Shown here piece after piece: positions 49,441-63,698 of a stretch of DNA of 64,000 bases. Where the stretch lies: contig OZ024742.1 in NCBI GenBank assembly GCA_964016885.1, positions 176,452,001-176,516,000 on the forward strand. Direction: 5' to 3'. Positions within the stretch are counted from its first letter, which is position 1; each line of letters opens with the position of its first letter. The notes below the pieces were generated by a model. It searched no databases and was not told the DNA's origin. It was given only the letters and a program-made list of their open reading frames with translations. The stretch is from Eledone cirrhosa. Lineage: Eukaryota. Position numbers and translations under genes: made by a program.

Positions 49441-51210
49441 TATTCGAGGCGGTGTTATTACATTTTCTCTTATTTCATATTATATTATATATGTTAGCAT
49501 TTAAACGTTAAATGATTATGACGATATGAGAGCGTGTTCTTGCATACCTATCAATGCGCGTGCGTGTGTGTCTCAGTCCCTGTGTAGCGTACATTAAGGA
49601 AGGGAATATTACTCACAGCTGTTTCCTGGCAACATTTCGATTTCGATAATTTAAAAGAAGAATTAAACAGTAAAATTGAAGTATATAGCTGTTTGTTTGT
49701 TCATTGCTTCACTTGGTTTAGTTATTAGTCTTAGGCATTTCTGGGGCTCTGTCGTGAAGTTGATCATATTGACCTGTGTGTTAAAAGCAACAGTTTATAG
49801 GCATTTCATTCTATAACATTTCTTTAACTAAATTGATGTAGGTGATCGGTCGAATTGGTAGAGAAGTTAGATCGTGTCATATTTTGTTCCAGATCATTAG
49901 ATCATACTACGCCCACCGAAGTAAAATTTGCCTTTTATCGTTTCGAAGTCGATAAAGAAAGTTCCATCTCAAAGTTCCTGTAGCCTTCTATTCTTTCAGA
50001 TGGTACGTCATGGATATTCCACTGGATCAAGAGTCCCACAATTGCATGGGCACCTAAAGCCCTTATCAAAAGTATGGTACATACTACCACGTCATATTCG
50101 ATTACAAGTGGCAGCTGTAGTTAGATGGAGGTGGTTATATTTGTAATGCATATAGGCGTAAGCATGATTTTGTGGTAAAGAAGTTTCTTTCACAACCACA
50201 TTATTTTGGTTTGATCATTTATTTCTAATAGTTTTCCTATACAGAACTTCAAAAATAGATTTGACATACAAATAAATAATGCTATCAGTCATGAAACATT
50301 AACTGAGGATTTTAAAACATATTTTAAATTTCGAGTAGTTAATTGGGAGAGACATTAGATGATCAGATTAAATATCTGGAGGTTTGTTCAGGTTCAAAGC
50401 TCTTTGAGTTCAAACTCCCGAGTATTAATGTCATGATAAAATGCACTCGGCAATGTGCAGAATCACATGTTAGTCTGCCGTGGACTGAGCTCTCGATAGG
50501 GTGCAGTAACATATGTAAGCAAGATGTAGGCTCCCGGCCTAATATGAGATTAGTACCTCCTTTTTGAGTACCAACAATGTCTGCTAACGAGCCATTAAGC
50601 CCCTGCTAGCAGGTAAAGCTTGCATTAAACGATGATGATGAGTTGAATTTGTGTACTTTTCTGAAATTACATACAATATTGGAATATTCCATTAAAACAT
50701 ATATTGCAGTTGTAACTTATTGTATGTTCAGATAAAGTAGGCCGGTTCAAAGATAAATATGTAAAGGATATAGTGAATTTGGTTCTTATACATTTTTTTT
50801 CGCTCATAGGTATGACAGTTCATCAAGAAAATAGTAAATAAAACTTGTATCAAAGTAGTCTTATGATTATTTGCAGGCCGAGCCCCGCTGTGAAATACGC
50901 TTCCACAATGGAACCGGATTTCCCTATAACAATTTACTTAAAGACTGCCATACCTTCGGGCGAAAAGAAACAACAATATCCCAAATAACTATATTCATCA
51001 GCATTCTATATACTTTTTAACTGATCTACTTACTTGAACCAGATGCTGACTTCAATTGTACAGCATAATTTGAAACGTGAGGTTGTTGGGTCGAGTCCTG
51101 GACCGGATGATGCATTATATGTATATATATATAACGAAGGAAATGTGGTAAGGAACCAGATGGACCATAACGCACCAAAGTACTCAATACTTAGGGTAGT
51201 AGAGTGGGTA

Positions 51211-51327
51211 ATAGGAACGAGTATGACCCCGACGGCTGAGCTCAAGCCGTTTCGACGGCTAATTCTGGACTCAGAATTAGCCGTCAAAACGGCTTCAGCT
51301 CAGCCGTCGGGTCCTACTCGTTCCTAT
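51211..51327. repeat. Near-perfect ~56-bp-arm hairpin built from a hammerhead 3' half
   Basis: ataggaacgagta...ggctaattctg-gact-cagaattagcc...tactcgttcctat. Confidence 0.9.
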
Positions 51328-51431
51328 ATATTAAAGACGATCGACTTTCGTCAAATCGGACCGAGGGAACAATGTTTCCGTTGGTCTTTACAATTGCTAA
51401 TACTATCTATCGGTCGCAACTCCAGGTAGAA

Positions 51432-51550
51432 GGAGCAACGTGAAATAAAGTGTCTTGCTCAAGGACATAACGCACCGCCTGGTCCAGGAATCGAACCCAC
51501 AACCTTACGATTGCGAATCCGATTTTCCAACCTCTCAGCCACACGCCTTC
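51432..51550 (-). mobile_element. tRNA-derived SINE, family 2
   Basis: Reverse-complement homolog of 51722-51840; B box ggttcgattcc; gtccttgagcaagacacttta core. Confidence 0.85.
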
Positions 51551-51608
51551 ACTTCCTATATATATATATATATTATATATAATATATATATATTATATAT
51601 ATATATTA

Positions 51609-51865
<257 letters not shown>

Positions 51866-51879
51866 ATGACGTTATCTTA

Positions 51880-52647
51880 TGGCGTTATCTTATGGCTAAA
51901 ACAGCACGACGTGCTGTGACCAGCGGCGTGGATTGGCGCCCGACAGACCCTGTCGGTGAAGGTGATCAAGTGCCGCCCGGTCCGATGCCCCAAACATATA
52001 GAACACCTCACCCAAGCCACGATGCCATGACCCATGGCGACTGGGTCGGGCGTCCCCGTGATTGTGTACCCCGTCAATCGTGACTATATACTCTCCACTT
52101 GTTCCACTTTGGAACAATGATTATAACTGTCATTTTGGCAGTATCAGTAGAGGGTCTGACGCCATGCTTTGACACCTATAGTTACGATCCTTGCCATTCT
52201 GATTTCAAATCCCGTCGAGGTTAACTTTGCCTTTCATCCTTACGGGGTCGATAAAATAAAGTACCAGTAATACACTGGATTATTGCTGGCCTTGTGCCTA
52301 AAGTAGAAACAATTATTGTTCTATTATTGTTCTGTTACTGTTACCTGTTCTATATACGGACACAAGTTTGCACCTCATCCTACCTGAATGTAGTATATCA
52401 CATGGATACACGCACCTTCTCCTTTACCTCCCCCTCGTTTTTTTTATTTTACCCCTTTTTTCATGTACCTATTTATGAAGTTACATACAGATTTTAGTGT
52501 ATCCTAAAATATTGTAAATTTATTTATTTATTTTATTTTATTATACTATTGTGTTTATATTCGCGTGTTTTTATGTGTATGTGTGTGTGTATGTACATAT
52601 AGCTACGTATGAGTAGGTGTGTGTGTGTGGGTGCGTAAGTCTGTATA

Positions 52648-52737
<90 letters not shown>

Positions 52738-52950
52738 CGGGTGTATGCATATGTGGGCATCTATATGTGTGTACGTGTATTTGTGCATACATGTATGTGT
52801 TTATGTGCATCCCACAGGAATGTGTACGGATAATTATATATGGAGTATATATGCATTTTATTACTATTATTCTGTTTGTATAACTTTATCATATTTCCTT
52901 TGTAAATATCCGTATATGTATGTAAGAATGTGTCTACATGTGTGTATATG

Positions 52951-52987
<37 letters not shown>

Positions 52988-53188
52988 TATTGTATAATAT
53001 ATTGATATTTTATACTTTATATTGTATATATGTATATGTGGAAGCACATGTGTGTGTAAGCAAATATGCATATGAGCAGGTGTCTGCATATGGCAGCACG
53101 TGCGCGTATGCATATGTAGATGTATATATGGCTTCATGTGTGTATGTATATGTATGTTTATCCGTATGCATGTTAGGTTGTTTTTTTG

Positions 53189-53219
<31 letters not shown>

Positions 53220-54395
53220 ATATGTGTGTATGTAATTTTGTGTAAGTATGTATATTTTGTATGTATGTGTGGGCATGTGTGAGTATATATATGTGAATGT
53301 ATGTATATATATACACCAAGGTTTCTTGGTGAGGAGGGTGGCTTTGGATATCCTGCAGGACTAAAAACATAACCTGTCAAAGGGTAAAGGAGCTCTTAAG
53401 AGTCAAAGGCTATCCAAAATCACCGGGAGAGATGACCCCTTAGCCTTGTCAAGGAGGAATTCTAGCAGAAGACAAACTCTGATATAGCACCTGCAACCCT
53501 GATGGTATCCAATGATGTTGACTTGTTCTTCTTTTTGGTAAATATCATCTTGGTTAAGAGAGTGGGACTGGCTTTGTGCAGTGCCTTTGCTCACTATAAA
53601 AGCTTCACGGCACAGGCATTTCTTTATATCTGGAGATCTCTCTGCACTTGTCATCACATGGTACCATGGGCCCAGAACTATGTGTCAATAATTGTCACAA
53701 GTGTAATGTTTGTACCAGAGTTTTCAAGTCGCTGGCTGGACTAAAAAGTCACACTCGTAGGGGTTCGGTAGGGGTTCTCCTACATGGATATAAAGTAGTG
53801 GCCGTACTCGAAAACGAGTTGGAAGCCACCATATATATATATATATATGTGTGTGTGTATATGTATGTATGTGTATGTTTGTGTGTATGTATTTATGTCT
53901 GTGTATGAGTGTGTATATATATATAAATGTATATATGTTGTGCGTATGTATGTGTGCGCGCGTATGTGTGTATACATGTGTATGTTTGCGTAGGCCATGC
54001 TTGTCCGACCGGATATATGGCGCGACTTAAGCAGCTGTTATAAGGCTTGTGGCTATATGTATCTACAAGTGGGTGTGACTGGGTCCGTAGAAGTGAGGGA
54101 AAGCGTCTGTATGTATATATACATATATGTATGTATATGGGGGGGGGTCTACGCATCTAGGCGTATGTGTGTGTATGCACCAATGTGTCTGTGTCTGCAT
54201 GTGTGTGTATATGTGTGTGTATATTCGTATGTGTGGGTGCTTACTCTGGAGTGTGAACAGACGTAACAATTGTAACACGCAATAAATTAATTCCAGATGC
54301 ATCACTGATTTTTCGTTTTCTTTATACTATCTACACTCTACTCTGCTGAATATGGAGTGCTAATTTTGACATACCGCCTATGGAAGCTCCATAGT
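51880..54395 (+). mobile_element. Second copy of family XYZ, with a family-1 SINE (52135-52320) in its internal ATT site
   Basis: Collinear with 33070-33200 and 36650-38735; both copies contain an ORF ending CVPRQS*. Confidence 0.75.
53690..53830 (+). mobile_element. LINE 3' remnant with a C2H2-like terminus (RTE-like)
   Basis: CNVCTRVFKSLAGLKSHTR. Confidence 0.4.
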
Positions 54396-54495
54396 AACCA
54401 TTATACACAATTATATATATATATATATATATACCTCCGTATGCAGATTGGAGAACGCAACGAAGTGTGAAGTTTGGTTTGGTTACTCCGGAGTA

Positions 54496-55146
54496 ATATA
54501 AAATAAAATAATTAAGTCATATATTTAAAATTTGGCTTCGTTTATTAAAGGTGTACTGTTATTTTCTTCATTTTATTGCCTTATATTATTTTATTTCTCC
54601 ATTTTACTTTATCTTATTTCTTCATCTGTTTGGCACCACCCCCACCCCCACCACCACCACGTGAAATGATGGCAGGATACATGCCAACACACACACACAA
54701 ATTCTTCTAAATATAGCAGCAGCCGAAATAAAGCTAACCTGGCTAATGATCCCCTAACACCAACACAAGGGAGGAGGTCAACTGTACTTAACAAAAACAA
54801 CCATAAGAGATTGCCTCGCCTCAGAAAGAATTTATATAGACTTTTGACTGAGGAATGTTCTCACAACTGACCAATGGGAGGAGAGAGTGTCTTTTGACGC
54901 CGAAATTCGTTTATTCGAATACATTTGATTCCAGTTAATCAGAGAAATAACAACCGAACCAGGAACTGGGCATATCGGAGTATTGACGGAGTTGAACACT
55001 TGAACAACATGTGTACTCGTCTCTACCACACCAATTTGGACTGCCTGAAGAGATCACAGCCAAGGATGGCTGTCACCGAAATATATATAGCAGTACACCT
55101 TTAATAAACAAAGCCAAATTTTAAATATTTGACTTAATTATTTTAT

Positions 55147-55152
<6 letters not shown>
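54496..55152 (+). mobile_element. ~660-bp non-coding PLE-derived element with an HHR and ~65-bp terminal inverted repeats
   Basis: 54496-54560 is the reverse complement of 55088-55152. Confidence 0.8.
55040..55094 (+). ncRNA. Type I hammerhead ribozyme
   Basis: actgc CTGAAGA gatc-acagcca-agga-tggctgt-cacc GAAA tatata TA gcagt. Confidence 0.8.
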
Positions 55153-55212
<60 letters not shown>

Positions 55213-55321
55213 GCATCGGGCGGTCCACGATTCGACCCCACAACCTCACATTTCAAAGTATGCTGTACATTTGAACCAATCGTCCTTGTTATTTCATTTC
55301 ACTGTATATATATATATATAA

Positions 55322-55850
55322 GTTAATCTGGGTTCAATCGGAAGTAACCACAGTAAGTAAGGTACTCAATATATAGCAGAGTATAAATGTTTCATATAGA
55401 AAAGCTTCTACAGGACTAGAACTATTTCATTCATGCGAAATCATCAGGAAGCTGGTTGTCGAAGTAAATATGGTGGTATTTATATATTTTCTGTTGGTAG
55501 AAGAGGGTGGGGATTGGGATGGGTGGAGGTCATAGGTTGATGGGTTTAAAGAAAGGGGAATTCTTTAAAGTGACAAAGGCAGAAAGAATAATATAAACAT
55601 GTTGAGATTGGAGGAGCACTCCTTATTTTTAAGCTTCTCTTAAGCTAACAATGCCTGTATTTCAGGTGTCTACAGGATGAGTGGAGGTCTATGCTTGATG
55701 GGTTTAAAGAAAGGGGAATTCTTTAAAAGCTAATTTTTTAAAACTGTATTTAGAGTGACAAAGGCAGAAAGAAATCTATAAGCAGGTTCAAGTTTGGTGT
55801 GCCTCTCCTTATTGTTAAGTTTCACTTAATCTATTGTTCAGGTGTCTACA
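55322..55850 (-). mobile_element. PLE pseudo-LTR fragment with TATA box, HHR and internal tandem duplication
   Basis: Minus-strand TATAAATA near 55477 upstream of the HHR; 55521-55670 duplicated at 55680-55850. Confidence 0.65.
55403..55453 (-). ncRNA. Type I hammerhead ribozyme
   Basis: agcttc CTGATGA t-ttc-gcat-gaa-t GAAA tag-ttctagtc-ctg TA gaagct. Confidence 0.75.
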
Positions 55851-55975
55851 AGTACACACTCTCGCACACATATATATATATACATACATTCACACACACA
55901 TATATATATGTGTGTGTGTACATATAGTTTAATAAATGCACCGAGAACAAAAAACAGAGAGGCAGTAAGTATAAT

Positions 55976-56043
<68 letters not shown>

Positions 56044-56105
56044 CATACATATACATATATAATATATATCTATATGTATACATATATATATATATATATA
56101 CATAT

Positions 56106-56136
<31 letters not shown>

Positions 56137-56155
56137 AATACACACACATATATAT

Positions 56156-56190
<35 letters not shown>

Positions 56191-56199
56191 AATACACAC

Positions 56200-56286
<87 letters not shown>

Positions 56287-56582
56287 AGTATGTATGTATA
56301 CGTACATACATATATGTATACAGACGTACAGTAGCATGCATATATATATATATACACATATATACATACAGGTACACATACATATATGTACTAAAAGTGA
56401 GAAATGAAATTTCGTTTTCATTCTATTACAACTTATATATATATATATATATATATGTAGGAGGTGAGTTGTATTGTAGTACAATAAAGCAATGCAGATA
56501 TCGGATAAGTAGCACTCTACAGTTTGTAGGACTGGAGTATAAATAATATATAAGATCAAAAGATGGTTAAAAGAGTTCCATG

Positions 56583-56653
56583 TATTTTATTATGCGCATT
56601 TCAAAAACAAATATCATCATGCGATGACATTTGCGTTTACGTCAGATAAAATA
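56583..56653 (-). ncRNA. Hammerhead ribozyme, core A9 mutated
   Basis: tattttat CTGACGT long helix II GAAA tgcgca TA ataaaata. Confidence 0.65.
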
Positions 56654-57776
56654 GGGAGACATGATATGGAGGTTAAAAACACTTGTGAATAGTGTGGTTT
56701 TATATCAACATATGAAAAGTAGTTTTAGATTGATGTGTGATATTTGGAAAAAAAAGGGGGTGGGGGTGGAAAAGATGAAAAAGAGGAGGAGATGAGAGTA
56801 AAGAATGGAGGGTGAGGAGTATAATAAGGAAGGATGATATAGGAGGAGAGATGGGTGATAGAGAGAGAGAGAGATATCTTTTCTAACTGAGAAAAATATA
56901 TTGTTTTACAGAGAGAGGTTAAAAAACCGTTGGAAGATAATATATAAAAATTAAAAGAATTTGAAAATTAACGAAGAGAACAATTTAAGAATAATGTTAA
57001 ATTAAGGTTTGAATATTGAAGGGTTTAATATGTGCGATTGAAAGAAATTGTTGATATGTATTATTAAAAATAAAAATAGTAATGTAATTAAGGATATATT
57101 GTGAAAAGAAGTAGAAGAGTGGATGAATTATGAATTTAGAGGAATTAGTTAGTGTTTAAGTTTGTTTGTGTAATATATGTAAATAGTTTGTTTACAAATG
57201 AGCGCAGAAAGCAAAGAAGGAGATAGTGTTTAAGGAGAAGACCTTAACATCAAAATATGTATGTTTATGAAGTATTTCCTAATGGTAATAGTATAATGTA
57301 ATAAAGGAGATTAGTTAGGGTTTAAGTTTGTTTTTATGTGTTGTGATGTGTAATATGTAGAAGTTTGCCGAGCATGAAAGGGAGAAAAATAATGAATTAA
57401 AAATGTTTATGTTTGCGAAGGATTTTTCAAGGTGATACTATAAAGTATTTAAAAGAGTAATAAATAGTATGTTTTATGGCCAGTGATAGGATGGAAGAAG
57501 GAAGAGTGGATATATTGTGGTGAGTAATAATGAGAATTGAGAAGTATCTAGGAAGAAAAGGTACAGATTAGAGGTTAGAAATTAAAAGAAAAGAGGAAAA
57601 AAGGAAGAAAGGGAAGTGATAAATAGGAATGATATAGAATGGGTAACTAGTATTATATAATATATAATAAATAACATTGAAATAAGGTAGAAAGATGGGT
57701 ATATTTTAAACGAAATATATATATATATATGTGCCTTTGAGAAAAAGGTTTTTTTAAATTGGTGAAGTATTAGATA

Positions 57777-58641
57777 TTAGCTGTATACTTTATGGAATGT
57801 TCTGTGGAATTTATGCAAGCAGAGAGAAAAAAAGTCAGTGCGTCTATTTATTATAGAATCTAAATTAGATATAATGGTAAATTTCTCACATAAACAAAGA
57901 CTACATGTTTTGGATAGAGAAGCCTTAAAGTATGGAGAGGCAGAACAAACCTTCCTCCAAGTGATGTTATAGTTAATATGTTTGTCTTTCAAGGACCATA
58001 TGAGTTCTGAGAGTGCCGTGTTGGTTCTTTTAAGTTGGTATTTAAAAGACGAATGATGATTATAAAAAACGAACTTTAAAGGAGGTGGAAGTGGAGCCAA
58101 AATAGGTAAAGGAATTGGTGTCAGTTATAACTTTACATTCATAGATTAAGTTTTTTTCAAGACAATGGTTGTTAAGGGGACATTTATTTTTAACAAGGCA
58201 ATTAAAATTGCGATTAGAGAAATTAACAGAGTTACTAACAAGTGACCTAGTGTTATCTATAGGAGGAATTGGATTGGAGAAGTTATTTACGATAGGAATC
58301 ATAGTTTCTTGATTTAGATTGGGATTAAGAACATTTAACGAAGTTGCGTTTGACGTTGTATTTGGGTTTTCAGAAATTAGCCTAGAGTTAACAATGACGT
58401 CGGGAGTACTATTACTATTATTATGATATTCAGTGTTGGAAGGAAGAGATTTAGTATTTAGTATTTTATTGTTGTGTTTAGAGATAATGTTGGAGGAGGT
58501 CGAATAGGAAAATGTTATAGTGTGTTTGTTAAATATTTTACTATAGATATGTGAGGGAGGGAAGCATTTATTTAAGGCACTAAAGAATAATTTAGGAATA
58601 TTATTATTAATAGAGATGGCGAAAGGAGCATTATACCACAT
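57777..58641 (-). pseudogene. PLE linker + GIY-YIG endonuclease, frameshifted
   Basis: WYNAPF, FNKHTITFSYS, NCLVKNKCPLNNHC, LIYECKV..YFGST..FKVR, TALSELIW, CSLCLCEK. Confidence 0.88.
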
Positions 58642-58869
58642 TAAGTTTTTGTATCTAGGTCTTTTATTAAAGTTATTCTCTCTATCACCCGTCTCTCCTC
58701 CTATCTCATCCTTCCTTATTATACTCCTCCTTCTTTACTCTCATCTCCTCCTCTCCCCCCCCCTAATTTTTTTTCTCAATACCACACATCAATCTAAAAC
58801 TACTTTTCATATGTTGATTTAAATCTGCACTATTCACAAGTGTTTTTTAACCGTCATATCATGTCTCCC

Positions 58870-58940
58870 TATTTTATTTGACGAAAACGCAAATGTCATC
58901 GCATGATGATATTTGTTTTTGAAATGCGCATAATAAAATA
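58870..58940 (+). ncRNA. Hammerhead ribozyme, core C3 mutated (inverted twin of 56583)
   Basis: tattttat TTGACGA aaacgcaaatgtcatc-gcat-gatgatatttgttttt GAAA tgcgca TA ataaaata. Confidence 0.65.
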
Positions 58941-59140
58941 CATGGAACTCTTTTAACCTACTTTGATCTTATATATTATATTTATATTTATAAATATATA
59001 TATATATATGCAAAAGTTTTATTTTAAATTGTAGGGTTACAACTAGTAAATATTTTATAACTGATATAAAAGCACTCAACAGGTTTTGGAGTAGGTTTAC
59101 GATATTAAACAAATGGAAACTATATTTATAAAACCATATT

Positions 59141-59205
59141 TATTTCATTATATATATTTCAGGGATACCATATTAAAATATGGTATGCCTTCCACAGACA
59201 AAATA
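59141..59205 (-). ncRNA. Hammerhead ribozyme, core A6 mutated (CTGTGGA)
   Basis: Inverted twin of 63591-63657. Confidence 0.65.
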
Positions 59206-60728
59206 CAATATATAAACCGTTTTATAAATAAATTTGACATACCTAGAACAGTGCAACTTCCATTTAAAAAGTTGATTTGGTAGTGAAAATGTTGAGGACA
59301 GTTAAAAAGAAGAACGAAGAGAAAAAAGAAAAAAAGAAAAAAAAAGAAGAAAAAAAAAGAAAAAAGAAGAGAAGAAGAAAGAGAGTGTATAGCGCTAAGG
59401 ACAGTTAGAGAAGAAGATGAAGAGATGTATGCAAAGAAAACAACAGAGCGAGATAGAGAGAAAGAGATATGGGAGAGAGAAATATATTGAAGGAGTGAAA
59501 AATGATAGGCAGCTTGGAGACAGATGATCAGCGTACAAATGAGATATTAAGGAGGGAAGGGGGTACTGTAATTATTTATTTATTTATTTATTTAGTTATA
59601 GTGTTAAGGATACGGAGAGAAATATGATAAATAAAGAGAGGTAGAGAGAGATATATGTGGTGGGAGAAAAGAGGTAGATCGAGTAATATCTATCATACGA
59701 GGTGGGAGAGATACAGTTAAAAAACAGCCGATATATAAGTCCCGTCAAGTGTAGAGGAGAAAGAGAAAGAAAGATGATATATTTAAAATATATTTAAAAT
59801 ATTATGTCTCGTCGATTTGAATTATCAATTCATATGAATTAGGTATTACAATGTAGATATCAATATTCATAAATGAGACACATATCAATAATGTGTGAAA
59901 CAATGAAAAAATAATGACCCCATGTTTAGTTTAAAAATTCTTAGTTTTATAAGCAAAATCTGAGATAAAACTTCAAAAATACTGAAATACATAAGTATAT
60001 ATGTATTTCATGAAAAAAGATAAAGAAAAGGTTATCTCAAATTCAAGTTGACAATTATGGACACACATGTGAATTTACGTGATCGGCTCTGTAAAATCAT
60101 ATTTTCATGAAAAGTTTCATTGAGTTACAAAAGATTCCACCATACATATATGTACATACATATATATATAGACATAAAGTGTACATTAATATTAATAATA
60201 ATATTCTTGCCCTCACTTACATGATTATCGTTCAAGCCTAGAATAGACAACAGATATCAATATATTAAAAATATATTTAAAAAATATTTAAAAAATATAC
60301 TAAAAAAATATATTGAAAACGCCAAGAATATCTTCGTCACTCCACAGAGTAACTAGGGACGCAATAAAACATAGTATGCCACGCATATCAACCACAGAAA
60401 ACCACCCTTCAAATTTATTTGACAATATATTGTCAAGTTCATTAGAAGCAATCATAATCAAAAGTAAACTAAACCAAAATTATTCAACAAACCTTATTTA
60501 GCAGAAATCATTCAAAAACAATTTATTCGACAAATGCTCTTATATTTATTATAGAAGTTTATCTAGCTTAAACATTTATTCAATAGATTGGGAACATCAC
60601 CATTATAGGGTACTTTAATTAATCTTATTAATTTATATACTCATGCAGAAGGTTTTAAAAAAAAATTGAAGGAATCGAAAGATTTATCGGCAAGTTTCAT
60701 AAATAGTTAACTATCTTAAGTAAATATA

Positions 60729-61648
60729 CTACATTTTAAATTTATATCTATATTTAAAAGTTGAGTTCAATCTATGTCTGCAGCAGCTGAATAAATTGGT
60801 CCGTAAATTAAGGGAATTTTTAGATTTTAGTATAAAGAATATCTCCTCCGAGCAGAGGTCACATGTCTCAGAAGAGGAATTAAAAGGAATCCCTTTTGAG
60901 ACTATATTCCAAACCATCGAATATCCAACGTTATCATGTTTAAGTTGCCAGAGTAAACCTGATAGTGATGTTGAAGATTTTTTACTTGGATCCGTGAAAG
61001 AATTCTTGTGATTATTATAGCGAAGTTTAAATTCTGTCGAGGTGGAACCAACATAATTAAAAGAATTTAAGTCAGTTTTAACATTACAGTTATATATTAT
61101 ATTTTTAACAAAGCAATTGTTATTTAGCGGACATTTAGATCTATCTCTACAGTTACAGTTGTTTACTTGAATATTGTTTAGGCTATTTTCGGTATTTTGG
61201 CTAGGTTTTAGATTCCTATTATTTATTCTATTAATATTTTGTGCTACATTTTTGGTGGACGAGTATGTTAATTTTATGGTATGTCTATTGAAAATTGAGT
61301 GATACTTATGTGTTCTAGGGAAGCGTTTGTCAAGAGCATTAACAAATAGTTTAGCGATGTGGATTTTAATGTTTAGTGAGATAGGGGGGGGGGGGCAAAC
61401 CATATTATATTTCTAGTTCTATTTCTTTTCTGGTTTTTGGAATTATTGTAATGCTTTCTATTATAGTTGTTAAAGTTGTTACTGTGATTAAAATTGTTGT
61501 TATTTCGGTTAGTTTGTCTATTATCGATGTACATAATTTTATCAGTATATCCTGCTCTAGCTAACGCATCATTGTAATACTGGGCTTTTTCGTCGAAAAT
61601 ATTTTTATTAGATGAGATTCTAGAGATACGTTTTTGAACAGAGTTCAC
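60729..61648 (-). pseudogene. PLE thumb/linker + GIY-YIG, left arm
   Basis: RISRISS, IIWFAPP, CNCRDRSKCPLNNNC, IIY..YVGST..FKLRYNNH, CDLC; frameshift in poly-C. Confidence 0.9.
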
Positions 61649-61659
61649 TATAGTATTTT

Positions 61660-62731
61660 ACTTATTGAAAATAATAACTCTGAACTAAATAGAAAAAGAA
61701 AACAAATTATACAATTTTTTAATTACCTTAATCTAAAAATAGAAATTGAGAATAACCATAGAATAGTCAATTTCCTAGATGTAACAACCCCAGATCTGTC
61801 AAAAATACTATAGTGAACTCTGTTCAAAAACGTATCTCTAGAATCTCATCTAATAAAAATATTTTCGACGAAAAAGCCCAGTATTACAATGAAGCGTTAG
61901 CTAGAGCAGGATATACTGATAAAATTATGTACATCGATAATAGACAAACTAACCGAAATAACAACAATTTTAATCACAGTAACAACTTTAACAACTATAA
62001 TAGAAAGCATTACAATAATTCCAAAAACCAGAAAAGAAATAGAACTAGAAATATAATATGGTTTGCCCCCCCCCCCTTTCTCACTAAACATTAAAACACA
62101 CATCGCTAAACTATTTTTTAATGCTCTTGACAAACGCTTCCCTAGAACACATAAGTATCACTCAATTTTCAATAGACATACCATAAAATTAACATACTCG
62201 TCCACCAAAAATTTAGCACAAAATATTAATAGAATAAATAATAGGAATCTAAAACCTAGCCAAAATACCGAAAATAGCCTAAACAATATTCAAGTAAACA
62301 ACTGTAACTGTAGAGATAGATCTAAATGTCCGCTAAATAACAATTGCTTAGTTAAAAATATAATATATAACTGTAATGTTAAAACTGACTTAAATTCTTT
62401 TAATTATGTTGGTTCCACCTCGACAGAATTTAAACTTCGCTATAATAATCACAAGAATTCTTTCACGGATCCAAGTAAAAAATCTTCAACATCACTATCA
62501 GGTTTACTCTGGCAACTTAAACATGATAACGTTGGATATTCGATGGTTTGGAATATAGTCTCAAAAGGGATTCCTTTTAATTCCTCTTCTGTGACATGTG
62601 ACCTCTGCGCGGAGGAGATATTCTTTATACTAAAATCTAAAAATTCCCTTAATTTACGGACCAATTTATTCAGCTGCTGCAGACATAGATTGAACTCAAC
62701 TTTTAAATATAGATATAAATTTAAAATGTAG
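61660..62731 (+). pseudogene. PLE RT end + linker + GIY-YIG, right arm
   Basis: Nearly identical to the left arm; frameshift in poly-C near 62070. Confidence 0.9.
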
Positions 62732-63590
62732 TATATTTACTTAAGATTGTTAACTATTTATGAAACTTGCCGATAAATCTTTCGATTCCTTCAATTTTTT
62801 TTTAAAACCTTCTGCATGAGTATATAAATTAATAAGATTAATTAAAGTACCCTATAATGGTGATGTTCCCAATCTATTGAATAAATGTTTAAGCTAGATA
62901 AACTTCTATAATAAATATAAGAGCATTTGTCGAATAAATTGTTTTTGAATGATTTCTGCTAAGTAAGGTTTGTTGAATAATTTTGGTTTAGTTTACTTTT
63001 GATTATGATTGCTTCTAATGAACTTGACAATATATTGTCAAATAAATTTGAAGGGTGGTTTTCTGTTGTTGATATGCGTGGCATACTATGTTTTATTGCG
63101 TCCCTAGTTACTCTGTGGAGTGACGAAGATATTCTTGGCGTTTTCAATACATTTTTTTAGTATATTTTTTAAATATTTTTTTAATATATTTTTAATATAT
63201 TGATATCTGTTGTCTATTCTAGGCTTGAACGATAATCATGTAAGTGAGGGCAAGAATATTATTATTAATATTAATGTACACTTTATGTCTATATATATAT
63301 GTATGTACATATATGTATGGTGGAATCTTTTGTAACGCAATGAAGCTTTTCATGAAAATATGATTTTACAGAGCCGATCACGTAAATTCACATGTGTGTC
63401 CTTAATTGTCAACTTGAATTTGAGATAACCTTCTCTTTTTCTTTTTTCATGAAAATACATATATACTTATGTATTTCAGTATTTTTGAAGTTTTATCTCA
63501 GATTTTGCTTATAAACCTAAGAATTTTTAAACTAAACATGGGGTCATTACTTTTTCATTTTTTCATATTTATAAAACGGTTTATATATTG

Positions 63591-63657
63591 TATTTTGTCT
63601 GAGGAAGGCATACCATATTTTTAATAATGGTATCCCTGAAATATATATAATGAAATA
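63591..63657 (+). ncRNA. Type I hammerhead ribozyme, intact core
   Basis: tattttgt CTGAGGA aggcataccat-loop-atggtatccct GAAA tatata TA atgaaata. Confidence 0.82.
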
Positions 63658-63698
63658 AATATGGTTTTATAAATATAGTTTCCATTTGTCTAATATCG

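Larger units (their letters stand above)
56542..58979 (-). mobile_element. 5'-truncated Naiad-type PLE with an inverted ~310-bp copy of its 3' end
   Basis: GIY-YIG ORF pieces at 58641-57777; 56542-56866 is the reverse complement of 58677-58979. Confidence 0.88.

Noticed and set aside
62302-62348. Selenocysteine in the Naiad CxCx5Cx5C linker
   Set aside because: No UGA codon at these positions in any linker here (41711, 58165-58207, 61113-61159, 62302)
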